This document shows, piece by piece, positions 1 to 11,341 of a DNA stretch of 64,000 bases (its first letter is position 1; every line of letters starts with the position of its first letter). The notes below the pieces were generated by a model. It ran no database searches. It was given only the letters and a program-made list of their open reading frames with translations, and was not told the DNA's origin. This stretch comes from Klebsormidium nitens (taxonomy: Eukaryota; Plantae; Klebsormidiophyceae), in the NCBI GenBank assembly GCA_000708835.1, contig DF237452.1:1-64000 (forward strand). Reading direction: 5' to 3'. A program made the translations under genes and the position numbers.

Positions 1-1275
1 GGGGACGACGCTTACTATAGCCCTAGCAAGTTGCATGACGACATGGAAGGCGAGTATTTGGCCCGCTAAAGTGAAAGAGGAGGGGCTCTGGAGAGCTATC
101 CAAGCTGCTAGGTGGACTTTGTAGCGGCAGCCGATGTCATACCAGCAAAACTTGAGCGGAATTTTGTAGACTGCTATGAGCGTGAGCAGCAGGAGGGTGG
201 CAAGACCGTATCTCTCCCCTCCGAAGACGTTCGCTCCTACTCCAAGAACGCCATGCCGACAAAAGACGCCTATGTAACCTGCGATGTCGTATGCCGACTG
301 CTTTGCTATCCCGTAAACCGAGTCTGCCTTGAACTCAGAGCAGGTGCTCTCCCCCGCGTCAACCGCGTTCTCTTTAATGTCGAGGAAGCCATTTACCACG
401 TTGTCCGAGATGAACGTGGTGTCGGAGATGTGCGGCCGTCGGTGGGCTGAGGCCTTGCCTGCCCGTGCAAGGTGCTTTATTTTGAAGCAGGCGTCGATGT
501 ACGTGGAGTGCAAAACCCGGCTGGCCTGGTCAGTAATGCCCGCAGCTTGACACGCGGCGCAGCTGGAAAAGGGGTTTGCCTCAAAGTGCTCCACTCCGAA
601 AGTACCCATGTTCTGCACTCCGTGCCAGACGTACCCGATTTCTTTGCACGCCTTTGCGAACCCCTTCCGGAATGGGTCTGATGACAACCTCGGCTCCACA
701 CACCCATGCCTCTCGTGAATTTTCTCGACTGCTGTGCAGAAGGACTCGACAGAAACTCCCCCCCGTTTGCCGTTGAACACTAGCGAGTCGTACAGCTCCA
801 GGAGGTCGAGACCGTACCACGTGGGCTGCCCCTGCCCGCCCCGCACCGCGTCGAGCTGAAACCCCCAAACGGCCGACCCGGGAAAAGCATTCGCTGTGAG
901 CGGGTGCACGTGCACCTTCTTTCCGCTCACTGAACACGCGAAGATGGGGACCTCTAGCAGGAAGCGGAACTGCTGGTTCACATACAAAACAGTTTGCGAG
1001 CTTTCCTTGGTGAGGCAAGCCCCACCAGAGGGGCCGCAACTTTGGCACCGAGGCGCCTGGCTGACTTGTTGCTGCAAGAAGGCCTGGCCGGCTCTCATTT
1101 GCTCTTGTAACAAACACTCCCGGGCGGCGCAGCTTTCCAGGAAGATACGCCGCGAGTTTTCCCGAGTTGAAGCCCAGTTCTCCTCCTTCGCATGCCTTCT
1201 CCTCCTTGGAAAACCGGAGGGTTTGAACAAGGGCGTCAACATCAAAAAAGTGCATAAAGCTGAACGTTGAATAGC
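1..1275 (-). mobile_element. KDZ (Kyakuja-Dileera-Zisupton) transposase with upstream CxC cysteine cluster; 3' part runs off the window edge
   Basis: By hand translation the minus frame is open from 1275 to base 1; it is absent from the ORF track, presumably because no stop lies in the window. It encodes ...RCQSC...VPIFACS...HPLTANAFPGS...LLELYDSL...SVESFC (CxC-type cluster), then CAACQ, YIDACFKIKHL, GVFCRHG, GGERYG and WYDIGCRY. These match the D..F.L / C.RHG / GERY / YDI.C motifs of KDZ transposases. The 5' exons (about 1300-2100) were not resolved. Confidence 0.82.
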
Positions 1276-2390
1276 TCACACTTTCATGGCGGACGCTCTG
1301 CTGATTGTAGATATTCTTTCTGCGCAGGCAATGCTGACCCCTACATGGTGTTTCCATAGTTTGAAACATTGGTTTGGATAGATATAGCTGTACGTGGTCT
1401 GACGTTGTAGCAGGCTCAAAATGGCTGCAAGCTGTATGATCATGGATTCAGAGTAAGGCCCATCTACCAAGACCAGCTAGCAGGTGGATCACTGACCTGA
1501 CATGCTTCAAAAAGCCACATCCACTTTGGCATATGCTTCCTGTGCTGCCTTGCTGAGCCTCAAGCTGCAAGCTGCCCCCAGAACTCATAAGTCTTGGACC
1601 ACCAACACCTTTCTGCTGCACAGAGATGGATAAAGAGGATGCAACTCTCAGCTACTGGGCAGCTACTCACTGCATTGACAAGATGTCATGTCTACATGTC
1701 TTGCTGAGTGCAACGAAGCTTGACATGTCATACAAGGGTTGCTTTCCAGCTGAAACCTCTACTGTTAGTACTAGCTATGCTATGCTATGCTAGCTATACT
1801 ATCATTGTCTCCCTGTGTAACTGCAGGCTTCAGAGCTTCAAGCTACCACGAATACAGCCCTACAGCCCGGCGGCCAGCGCGACATTGCTTTGGCATTGCA
1901 CAATGACGCTTTTCAGAAGCAAACCCTGAAAGGCCAGAGTACGTAGAAGTGAGCCGCTTACCTCTCGCCCGCCTTTCGCCTAGCCTGAACTTGATAAAGA
2001 CCAGCTTTAACCGACTCTCTGCTGGGCTTTCAGCTGCAGATCTCTGGGTTGATTCGCGGCCAAGAATTTACAACTGCGGGCAGCTCGCGCGGTGCCCGAT
2101 GCCCCGTATTTGGGCATTCCCGCGGTCGTGAAATGCCCGACAGTTGGTCATCGAGTTGTGGGCCTGGGCTCGTTATTGCTCTCGGCCTCTATGATGGAAA
2201 AACAGTGTGAGTTCACACCATCTACTTACATAGTATCCTAAGTTGTATTCGAGACGTCTGCCCTCGAGGCTCTGAGTCTATGCTGATCAGAATCAAACTC
2301 TAGCTGGTTTCTTGACGTGGGCGCTTCAATCTTTCTGCTGATTGGTTGCCATTGGTCGTGGCGTTCCCGTGTTTGCAATCAACAACCAAG

Positions 2391-5300
2391 ATGGCGTCGG
2401 CGGCGCTCAGCCTTGTCTGCAACCAGTGTGGTTCACAGCTGAAGAATATGAAGGAGGCCCAGTCTCATGCAGACGCCACAGGACATTCAGATTTTGCGGA
2501 AAGTACCGAAGCGGTCCTTCAGCTGGTGTGCAGGTGCGGTCTATTTCGGAAGATTTTCAGTTGCCTGTGTGTGTTTTGGATTGTTGTCCTTTGTTGCTTA
2601 CACAAAGCCATCTTCGCGCCCAATGAGTAAGCTGTGGTGGTGGTTGATGATTGACATGAATTTTGGGGATCCACTTCATGTTCAGCTCCTGCTTGGTTGA
2701 GGTTTTTGCCTCATCCAAATTTGTATGGTAAGACTACCACCAGCAATTGTGGAAGTCTCAGCGTGCGTAAGTAGAGCGGGTTTTCGCTGTCAGACTGGGC
2801 CCTGGTGTGGCATGTTTATGCCTCTCTCTTTGAGAGCGCCTTTGTGTGTTATTTATTGGCGGCCAGACTCCTGAAAGCGATAGAGCGTTCTTCTCAAGCC
2901 AATTGTTTTCAAATCCTCAGACAAGCATGCGAGGTGATTAATACTCCAAACCTGGAGCAATTCCATCGCTAATCATCTAGCAACCTTATAGAGTTACATG
3001 GTCACTCATATTGCCCGCGGTCAAAAGTTCGATGCTTCCCCCCATGCAGATGTGTGTTGTATGCAAGCAGCGAACTTTTTGAAGGGTAAGAGTGCTCCAC
3101 TGAATATACCGCATCCAGCTCGTTTTCCAAGAACCCGAGTGACAGGTTACTTCAAGTGTTGTTGGTTCATGATGAAAAGGAGAGCACGACCCAAACCCAG
3201 TCGCAGAATTCTGCAGATCAACAATCTTGTTGATAAACTTGACAAAGGCCGTGCAATCGACCATGAAACTTTTCTAGTTCGATGACAAGTCTTCACATTT
3301 GTAAGAGAACCAAGAGGCGACATTGACCGCTGAAGATGGAAGAAATAATAACTCAATTGCACTTCATTTTGCAGTGATTGCGGGAAGCCGTGCCGGTCCA
3401 AGACTGAACAGGATCTGCACACACAGCGGACAGGCCACTCCCAGTTCCATGACAAGACCGCGGAGGCGGCAAAGCCGATGGATACTGAGAAGCAGATGCA
3501 GCAGATCAGGGAGGAGGAGAAGGCGGCGGAGATGCCGTCAACGTCAATGGAGATTGACGGGGCTGCAGCAGAAGGTTAGGATTACTGGCACGGACATTCT
3601 GACGTGCCACGTAGAAGGCCCCCAGAATCTTGTTGCGTCCAGAATCTGCTGGCTCCTCAGTTAAATGTGACTGTCATGTTGGCTGATTGCTAGTGTCAGG
3701 TTTCGCCCACTAATAGGACTTACAGATCATTTTATTTGATACAATGACTGTGGTCTTTCCTTCATTTCTGGATCATCGTCCTCGAAAAAGTCTTCGTCTC
3801 CCGAAGGCAACGGTCGGCAATCCTCAATTCTTGTGACATATAGTTCCCTGTTGCTCCTGCCAATTGTATTTGCGCTCTCCAAAGAAAAGAAAAATATACG
3901 GTCTGCTTTGATCACTGCATATTTCCTGGTTCTTGAGATGGGCACAGATGAAAAGTCCGCTTGAAAAGCTGCGTAAGTCTGCGTTGGTTCATCTGGTGCC
4001 CACTATCGAACTTGCTGTTGACGATATGTGCATAGGATGTTGATTCCGGCCACTGGCTTCGCAGCCGCTGTTTCATGATTGGACAAGAACCGTCTATCAT
4101 ACAGGACAACTTGAAGTGTTATGCAGAGCTCGTTCTCAGGGCCATTTTATAAACTGCTCCCTTCTCTCTGTCAGAGATGGTGGTACCCCAAGTCGACGCT
4201 GCTGCGCTTCAGGAGCTTCAGGACATGGGCTTTGGGATTGAACGGGCAACCCGGGCGCTGCACTTCTCAGGTAGGCCCCAGACATCTTGTCAAGCAGTCT
4301 TATCTACCCAGCGCAAGGTTTATTTCAAACTGAGCATAGCGAGCCTTGGGTTTTGTGGCAGCTATGGGCAGATCTATCTATTTCCACACGTGAGAGACAC
4401 TCTGGGGTCAGCGTGTTAGGAGGCTTTGTGCGACCCTTTAGCCTTTTGTTGGGGCTGCGGGAATGGCCGCATATCCGAGTAGCTTCTGGGCCGTTTCATA
4501 GCGCGGCGGGGAATGGCCCCATATCAGAGCAGCTTTTGGGCCGATTCAGAACCAATCATGGTCTTGTTTGTGCGGCCTGGAAGCAGCGTGACGAGAGCGC
4601 CTTTGACAAGTTGTCCTGTGACATGCCTGCTGGTGACTACTTTCGAATCTTCTGTACGATCTGTGAAGAGCAGACTGTCACGATCAATCTGACGTTCAGG
4701 CAACTGACGATTTCTGTCTTTCTTATTTCTGTTGTCTCTTGTCGGGTCTTGTCGTCCCCCAGTAGGAGATTCTCTGAGCAGAGCCGCCAAGGAGTCGGGT
4801 CGTTCATCTACGGACGCTGCCTTCAGAAGCAAGACGATGTGTTTTGGTTCCCTCTAATCCACCCCTTTTTTCAACGCCCCGAAAGCTCCGTATTTGAACC
4901 CCCTGATAGTGAGTACCTTGAGGGCAAAGGACGCTGAGCTTGCTTTGCTCTCTCCTTGCGGCCAGGCGGTAGCGTCGAGAGCGCCATCAACTGGGTCGTG
5001 GAGCACGAAAACGATGCTAACATTGACGAGATGCCAAAAGTAAGCAAGCTCAATCTCAGCGCCCAGAACGCTTATTGCTGTCTGGGTGCTTATTTTCAGT
5101 CACAGCTGTGTCACTCCGTTGTGCTTCTGACTTGGAAAGCGGATCAGGTCGCTCTCGAAGAATAGGGCTGTAAATCTGCACAATTACTCCCAACTGCCTA
5201 TCTCGCTGTCTCTTGGCGCTTCCACCTTCCAATCAAGGAACTCCCTCTACAATCTACTTCGTAAATAACGAGGGAACGACTCTTGCCTACGTCCTGTGTG

Positions 5301-8300
5301 CTGCGCTGTGCTGCGCTCTGCTTTATTGATTTACGAACTTTCGTCAAGTGTTTGACAATGTTTTGGATAACTCAGAGAGAATAATCGCTGCAGCCTTCAA
5401 GAATGGACTTTTCTCCTTTTCTGCAGATTCCCAAGTCTCAGGACAAGAAGCCGCTCTCAAAAGAAGAGGCCAAACGCAAGGCGGCAGAGCTGGCGTGAGT
5501 ACTCCCTCGAACATTCCGATTGGCATTGCGTTTACGGCTCCTCTCACAAAAGTCTATTGAAAAGCTACATTTGAGAGTTGATCTTCTCTATCAAAAGCAT
5601 TCCCGCATTGTTGCAACGCTGGAGGGGTTATTGAGACCAGGCAATAAAAGCACAGCAGGGAAGCCGCTGCAAAATTCCGGATGCTTGCTGACGTCATACT
5701 TTGTCGTGCAAGGCGAAACGGAAGCGCGCCAAAGAATAATCGCGCATCGTTGACAGCTTCGGGTCCCTTGAAATGGCTATCAGCCGATCGAAGCCCAGCA
5801 CTGAAATTACTCTTGCAATCACGGCTGCTTGCTGACGTCACAGCTTGTCGTGCAGGGAGAAGGCGAAACGGAAGCGCGAGGAAGAGGAGCGTGCGCGCGA
5901 GCGTGAGCGGGAGAAGGAGCGGGTTCGAGCGGGGAAAGAGCTGCTGGAGGCCAAGCGGATCGAGGAGGCGCAGGAGAGGAAGAGGTAAGTAGCGGGGGTG
6001 GAAGACATGAGCACACCACTTTTCCTTATATTAAAGTAACACGGTTAAGATTCGAGCAATTTTTGAAATCTCGATTTTTGCTCGTTGGAGCGGATATGGG
6101 GAGGAAGAGCTGCTAAAGGCCAAGCGGAGTGAGGAGCCGCAGTAGCGGAAACGGTAAAGCAGCGAGTGAAAGACACGAGCACACTAGTTTTCCTGGTCTT
6201 ACCTTCTTCTTGAGAGATACAGGTTTTGTTGAGTACGTCTCTCTTCCTGCTAGTTGGAGCGGATATGTGCGGGGGAAAAAGACCTCAGGCGGATCGAAGA
6301 GGGGCAGGAGAGGAAAGAGCTATACATGCAAGATATGGATGTTTTGGAGAAAGATTTGAGGAAGGAGAAGAAGGCGGGTCGGGCGGTCGAGTACCTCAAT
6401 CGGATATGGCTAGTATGTTCTTGATATGTTTCTGTAGCACTGCGAAAGGTCCTAGGCTCGTCGGGCTTGACTATTAACAAACCATCGAAGCAGTTTCGTT
6501 TAAGTGTTGCGACTTTGCATCTGAAGCCGCAGAGGTTCGCGAAGTGATCTGTGAATTGTGTGAAGAGTTGGAGTGCGTACCAGGAAGCAAAGAGCTGGAC
6601 GGTGAGGAAGAGTCCTCATGTTTGATCTGCATCAGAGTTTTGGTCGGTTCCTTTTGAGAGCAAAGCGGGCGGTGGGCAGGATTTGCTTACGGGATCAAGT
6701 GTTGTCGCTCTCATCTAAGACTGAAAAGAGCTGTAAGCATTTATGACAGAAGAAAACTTCAAGCAGAGAGTCGCGCGTCGAGCTTCGATCCGCGTCTGCC
6801 TGCAGGATCATCGAGTTGAAGCGTCAGGAGAAGTTGGAGGAGCAGCGCGCGAGGGAGAAGATCAAGGCGAGGCTCGAGGAAGATAAGGTGAGCCGCAGTC
6901 CCGGCTGACGTCCAAGCCCTGATGGTCGATTGGAATTTGCCAAAAGCAGAGCTCCTGGTATGGCTCTGTAAACTGCGGCAACACTATTTGATGACGTTGA
7001 AGAGAACCAAGAGTATTTGGACCATCTGGGAGGTTGCAGAGTGTTTGTCGTTCTGTCGTTTCTGCCTCTGCTCTGAGAACTCGTGTGCCAATCCCCGTAC
7101 TAAGCACGGTTTGGATCTCAAGTCCCAGCGCGCTCATGTATCTTCGTGCTATTGCCTCTTTGAGCGTCTCTACTTTCTTGTCGAACCCACTCCTCTTGAC
7201 GTGGTGTGAAGTTTCTGGTAAGATGATGTCATCCTGACGTCATCCTTTTTCTGCTTTGCAGGCGGAGCGGCGGCGGAAAATGGGTCTGCCCCCGAAGGAT
7301 CCTGAGGAGGAAAAGAAGAAAGAGGAAGAGAAGAAAGAGGAAGTCAAGAAGGTGAGTTGAAAGTCTGAACGGGTTGGGGCTTTCGCTAAGAATATCTTGG
7401 CGATTCTGCTTACCATCATTGCCTTGGAATCTGCTTTGTTTGAAAGTGTCGGAGGTAGGCGACGGGGACTGCGCAAATCCCAAACATGGAGTGTCGGATT
7501 TGCCCAAATCCCAAACATGGAGTGTCGGGTTTTTATAACGGGTGGCCAGGTGACCTATCAGCAGAGTTCGTTCAGCTTCGCTGCATTGTCTTTTGTTTAC
7601 CGAGATGCTGGAGGTTGCAGCTGAGGGGGTACCCTCACACTGAAAATAGCGAGTGCAACGCGTTTCCCCCTGCCTCTTGAAACCTTTTTTCTGCGCACAT
7701 ACTAACTACCTTTTCTTCCCCACTATCCAGACCTCCAATCGCTGCGCATTTGCTTTCTAATATCCTTCAACCTGGAGGCTGGACCTGTCATGCTTGTCTC
7801 CTTCGTACCAGTAAAAGCTCCCCGTCGAGCCCCCTATGCGTTTGCCGCATTTCTAGATGAAATTCCTTCAAACGATCCGTTAACGCTTTTCAGCCTTTCA
7901 GTCCCCCATCTCTATCCCCGCCCTCACGATCTCCTGGTCAGTCATCACACTGCGTCAGCTTTGGGAGCCCCACGAGAATTGCTGACCCGCCCAATTCCCT
8001 GCCGCTCTCTCCACAAACCGCCTCCTGTTCCTCTTCCGAGTCTCCCGTTTCTGTGTCCATGCTTCCAAAAGCAACCACGAGTCCTCTTAGCCCCCTTCAG
8101 AATCTTTCCACTAACTTCTCAAAGAGCCCTCCGTCCATCTTGACTCCCTAAATTTGTGAGAATCAACCCTGTATCGTTTCTCTGGCAGCCGTTCGTTCCG
8201 ATGCGTCCGGCCTCAAAAGCGGAACAGATGCGGAACGTGCTTCGAACCATGAAGCAGCAGCACAAAGTAAGGGCTTTTGATCTGAAGGAGTCTCACCAAC

Positions 8301-9579
8301 TTCCTCTTTACTTATGGGTGTAGTTTCAATCTGGAGGCCGGCATTCCCCCGATGCCTCACACTTTGTGCCTCGTTAATGCCACTCCCGTCGCCACATTCT
8401 TTGTGCTTCTCTGATGCCGTGCATTTGTACCTTCTGGTACCTGACAATTCTCTCTGTTTCCAACTCCTGGTTGCTTTAAGTTTTGTTGCCTTCCTAGGCA
8501 GCTTCTTGTTGAAGCCTCCTCTTGCTCTCGCTGACACCAGAGGCTCATGTTTTCTGTGGAAGATTATCCTGTTTCCTTGCTGCAAAACTGTTCACCGATC
8601 TATGCTGACAAAGGGTTTCGATCTTGAAACGACCAGGACCAGGACGAACGGGTGAAGAAAGCGTTCCAAACACTGCTGACGTACATTGGGAACGTGGCGC
8701 GGGCGCCCGACGAGGAAAAGTACCGGACTATTCGGCTCACTAACGCAGCTTTCCAGGTACGTTTCGATTGCTATACAACGCTTTCGTAGTATGTTTGAGA
8801 CACGAAGCTAGGGCGTCGCAGCGGCAACAAGAGTAAGGCGGTCGTTGTTCGTTGCTCTTCGTACACTTGAAGGAAAGGGCGTCTGGGCGCTGATGAGCAG
8901 TATCTGAGGTCAAGTCGGTGAAGGCACCGGATTGAGGAGCTTGACAGAGATTCTCCGGTGAAGGACTCTGGAGATCGGATGGAGGCTTGACGCGGAAGGA
9001 GACAGTTCCACCGACGAGTTGGGAGAATGGGTTTGGGAGACGCTTTTATATAAAAGAGATCAGCAAAACCTTCAATTGCATCATCCAAAAGTTTAAACTG
9101 AATCTCCCTCACCTAAGCCTTGCGCAATGTTGCTGGATTTTGAGCAGGCCTTCGCTTTTTGCCCGTAGTCCTCTGACATGGAGGAATCGAAATCGAAAAA
9201 TCACCAGCTCCGCTTCGGGTTGAGGAGATCAGAAGGCCCTTTACGTCTGCCGCCCACAATTGACTTCGCCATGTTTCGCCTTGCTCCTTTTACTCTCGAC
9301 TGTTTAGTCTGCCGAGATAACCTCTTCACTATCCAGCCGCAATAGTCGCCGAGTTGCCGCAATCCTCGATGTCAAAGCAGCCTTGCTCATTGGTTCACGG
9401 TGCAGGATCGCGTGGGTTCGCTCGGGGGCGTTCCTTTTCTCGAGCTCCTTGGCTTTGAAAAAGACGCTGCTGGCGAGACGATCAAGCTCGATCGGAGTAA
9501 AGTAGACCAGACGCTACTAAACGCAGCCGGGAGTGAACTGAATACTGCTATTACCAATCCTTTCTTCGGAGTACTCTAG
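2391..9579 (+). CDS. Ubiquitin/p97-CDC48 adaptor: two C2H2 zinc fingers, UBA, coiled coil and PUB domain (Arabidopsis At1g04850-like), 11 exons
   Basis: Exons 2391-2533, 3375-3574, 4175-4270, 4966-5039, 5427-5494, 5856-5984, 6806-6887, 7262-7351, 8189-8266, 8637-8756 and 9406-9579, all GT-AG and phase-compatible. Translation includes [14 protein letters not shown]...HADATGH...[42 protein letters not shown] (UBA), [32 protein letters not shown] (PUB) and NPFFGVL*. Confidence 0.93.
5682..6320 (+). repeat. Degenerate intronic copies of exon 6 junctions of the UBA-PUB gene
   Basis: 5682-5728 repeats the acceptor and exon start at 5826-5878 (tgcttgctgacgtca...ttgtcgtgca...aggcgaaacggaagcgcg). 6085-6140 and 6253-6320 repeat the exon 3' half (gagcgg...aagagctgct...ggccaagcgga). 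The intron start gaagacatgagcacaccacttttcc (6001) recurs at about 6169. Confidence 0.75.
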
Positions 9580-10915
9580 TAATCAGAACGTTTTTAGGAA
9601 CTTGATATTGGAATGTGAAGGAAGCGAACTCGCACACACGCCAGTATATATCAGGGATCGACACGATCCCTGTCATACACGTCCTTTTCATTTGAGTTAC
9701 CGTTTGTTGCTTTCGATCTGGGATTGCCTATCTTGATTGGGTGATGTATAGCAAAAGCAAACCTCCATACATGTTATTTGATGCACTTGCCACATTCAAT
9801 ACTCTGATCCCATGCGCGTCAGCGACGTGGCAGGTCTCATGACCACTGAAGAAACGTACTGTTCAGTGAAATTTGATTCGTACCGTTCTCTCATGCAACC
9901 GTTGTTCCTTTATGTTGCCGCCGGCCATTGAATATTCAAAAAGGTCCGCGTCGGCGGGGCGAGCCGCCCGTTCTCACTTCCGAGGGCTCGCTTCCGACAA
10001 GCTACGGTATATTGCTGTTTCACGGTTAAGCGTGCGCACTGACGCAGCGCGCAGTCGATCCCGATCCAAACGTCGCGAGGCCGTTCGGGAACATGGCACG
10101 TCGCTGGCGCAAGCTGGCATCAACGCGAAACAACATTGCACCCGCGCGATTGCATTCCGGCCGGCCTGCGAACCGGGATACAGATTGAAAGTGTGCATGA
10201 GGTTGTACGGTAGGTGATTCCCATTTTAGGGCGCCGACCAACGGGACTGAGCAGGTCTGCGAATTCAATGCCAGCGCTTGCTTGCACGCATCCGACATCG
10301 AAATGGAAGACGGTTGCTCTTCCATTAAGTTAGTAATCTGAGTAAGCCTACAGGTCGACATTGAGGCCTCTACGTAGGGCGGCGGACCTGGCACGTTATA
10401 ATCTATGTTTCCACAATCCTCGGAATGCCAACACCCCGCGCACAGCTTAACATCGACCGAATCTACAGTGATGGATCCATACTGGCTTGATCGAGACCGC
10501 ATGACCAGTACAAAGCTTGCTTGTGATCCTGCTTAGCACACGGAGGCTCAATGGGTTTGGTTGTCGACCATCTTGCAACGATGCGACCAGAAATTGTTCG
10601 CCTCTTTTGCCCTGCATCGACATGGCATGACGGCACGAAAATAGGATGACGCGGAAACAAGCTCCCAAGTGCTTGCCACTTGAGGTCGACAACTGACTTG
10701 CAAGAGTCATGCTAGGTCCGTCGGTTAGAGCTCATGACGTCGGAGCACTGCAAGAATCGTTTACTATCAAATATTCTGCCACCCCCTCCCTCAAATTGGA
10801 TGCCTCACGAGCCATGACCCGTTCAACTGATGGTGCCCCGATGGTGCAAAAAGCCAGCAAGGCCAATCCGGTACCGCGGGATTACTGAACTCGATTGCAT
10901 GGGTACGTGACACTG

Positions 10916-11341
10916 ATGAAAAGGGCGGGGTCTTTGTTTAGCAACGGATCCCATGTTTCCAGTCGAGTCGGGGCTGTGAAGCGACTGCCGGAGCGCCGCT
11001 CGAAGAAAAACGCCCGCGGCCCGTGATAACATGGGGATACCAGCACGTCTAAATTTGAGTCCTTTGAACCAGTAGATCGACTTAGACTCTTGCCCGCAGA
11101 CAGCTTGTAGAATGCTTCATCACTTGAAGGCATTTCGGAACCCCCGGAGAGAAACGGCAAAGTTTTGTGGCTGAAGTGTACTTCAGGCGTGCGCGGCCTG
11201 ATTGTGGGCATTGTAATCGGATTCCTCGGACTAATGGTGCCTGCGTTGTGGAGTGCCTTCACTGATTATTACTTTGTGTATCGCGGAACTTTCTCAACCC
11301 GTTGCACAAAGTTGCACATTCAGATTCCGAGCCAAGTACAG
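10916..11341 (+). pseudogene. Probable pseudogenised first exon of a type II membrane protein
   Basis: One frame from ATG 10916 reads MKRAGSLFSNG...NARGP**HGDTSTSKFESFEPVDRLRLLPADSL*NASSLEG...GVRGLIVGIVIGFLGLMVPALWSAFTDYYFVY...IPSQVQ|gta. It has a basic N-terminus, a clear TM helix and three in-frame stops. No family could be assigned. Confidence 0.35.

Noticed and set aside
112-681. Plus-strand ORFs of 112 aa and 69 aa
   Set aside because: They are codon-aligned antisense shadows of the KDZ transposase frame.
581-1369. 262-aa minus ORF with FFDVDALVQTL, reminiscent of plant O-fucosyltransferases
   Set aside because: It is an alternative frame over the KDZ transposase; the remainder is R/P/G-rich shadow sequence with no further O-FucT motifs.
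7474-7528. 30-bp intronic tandem duplication (and a 19-bp x3 repeat at about 23186-23235)
   Set aside because: These are ordinary short tandem duplications that do not span a splice junction.
9873-10710. Short ORFs downstream of the UBA-PUB gene, including a Cys-containing 158-aa minus ORF
   Set aside because: No recognisable domain and no consistent exon chain could be built.
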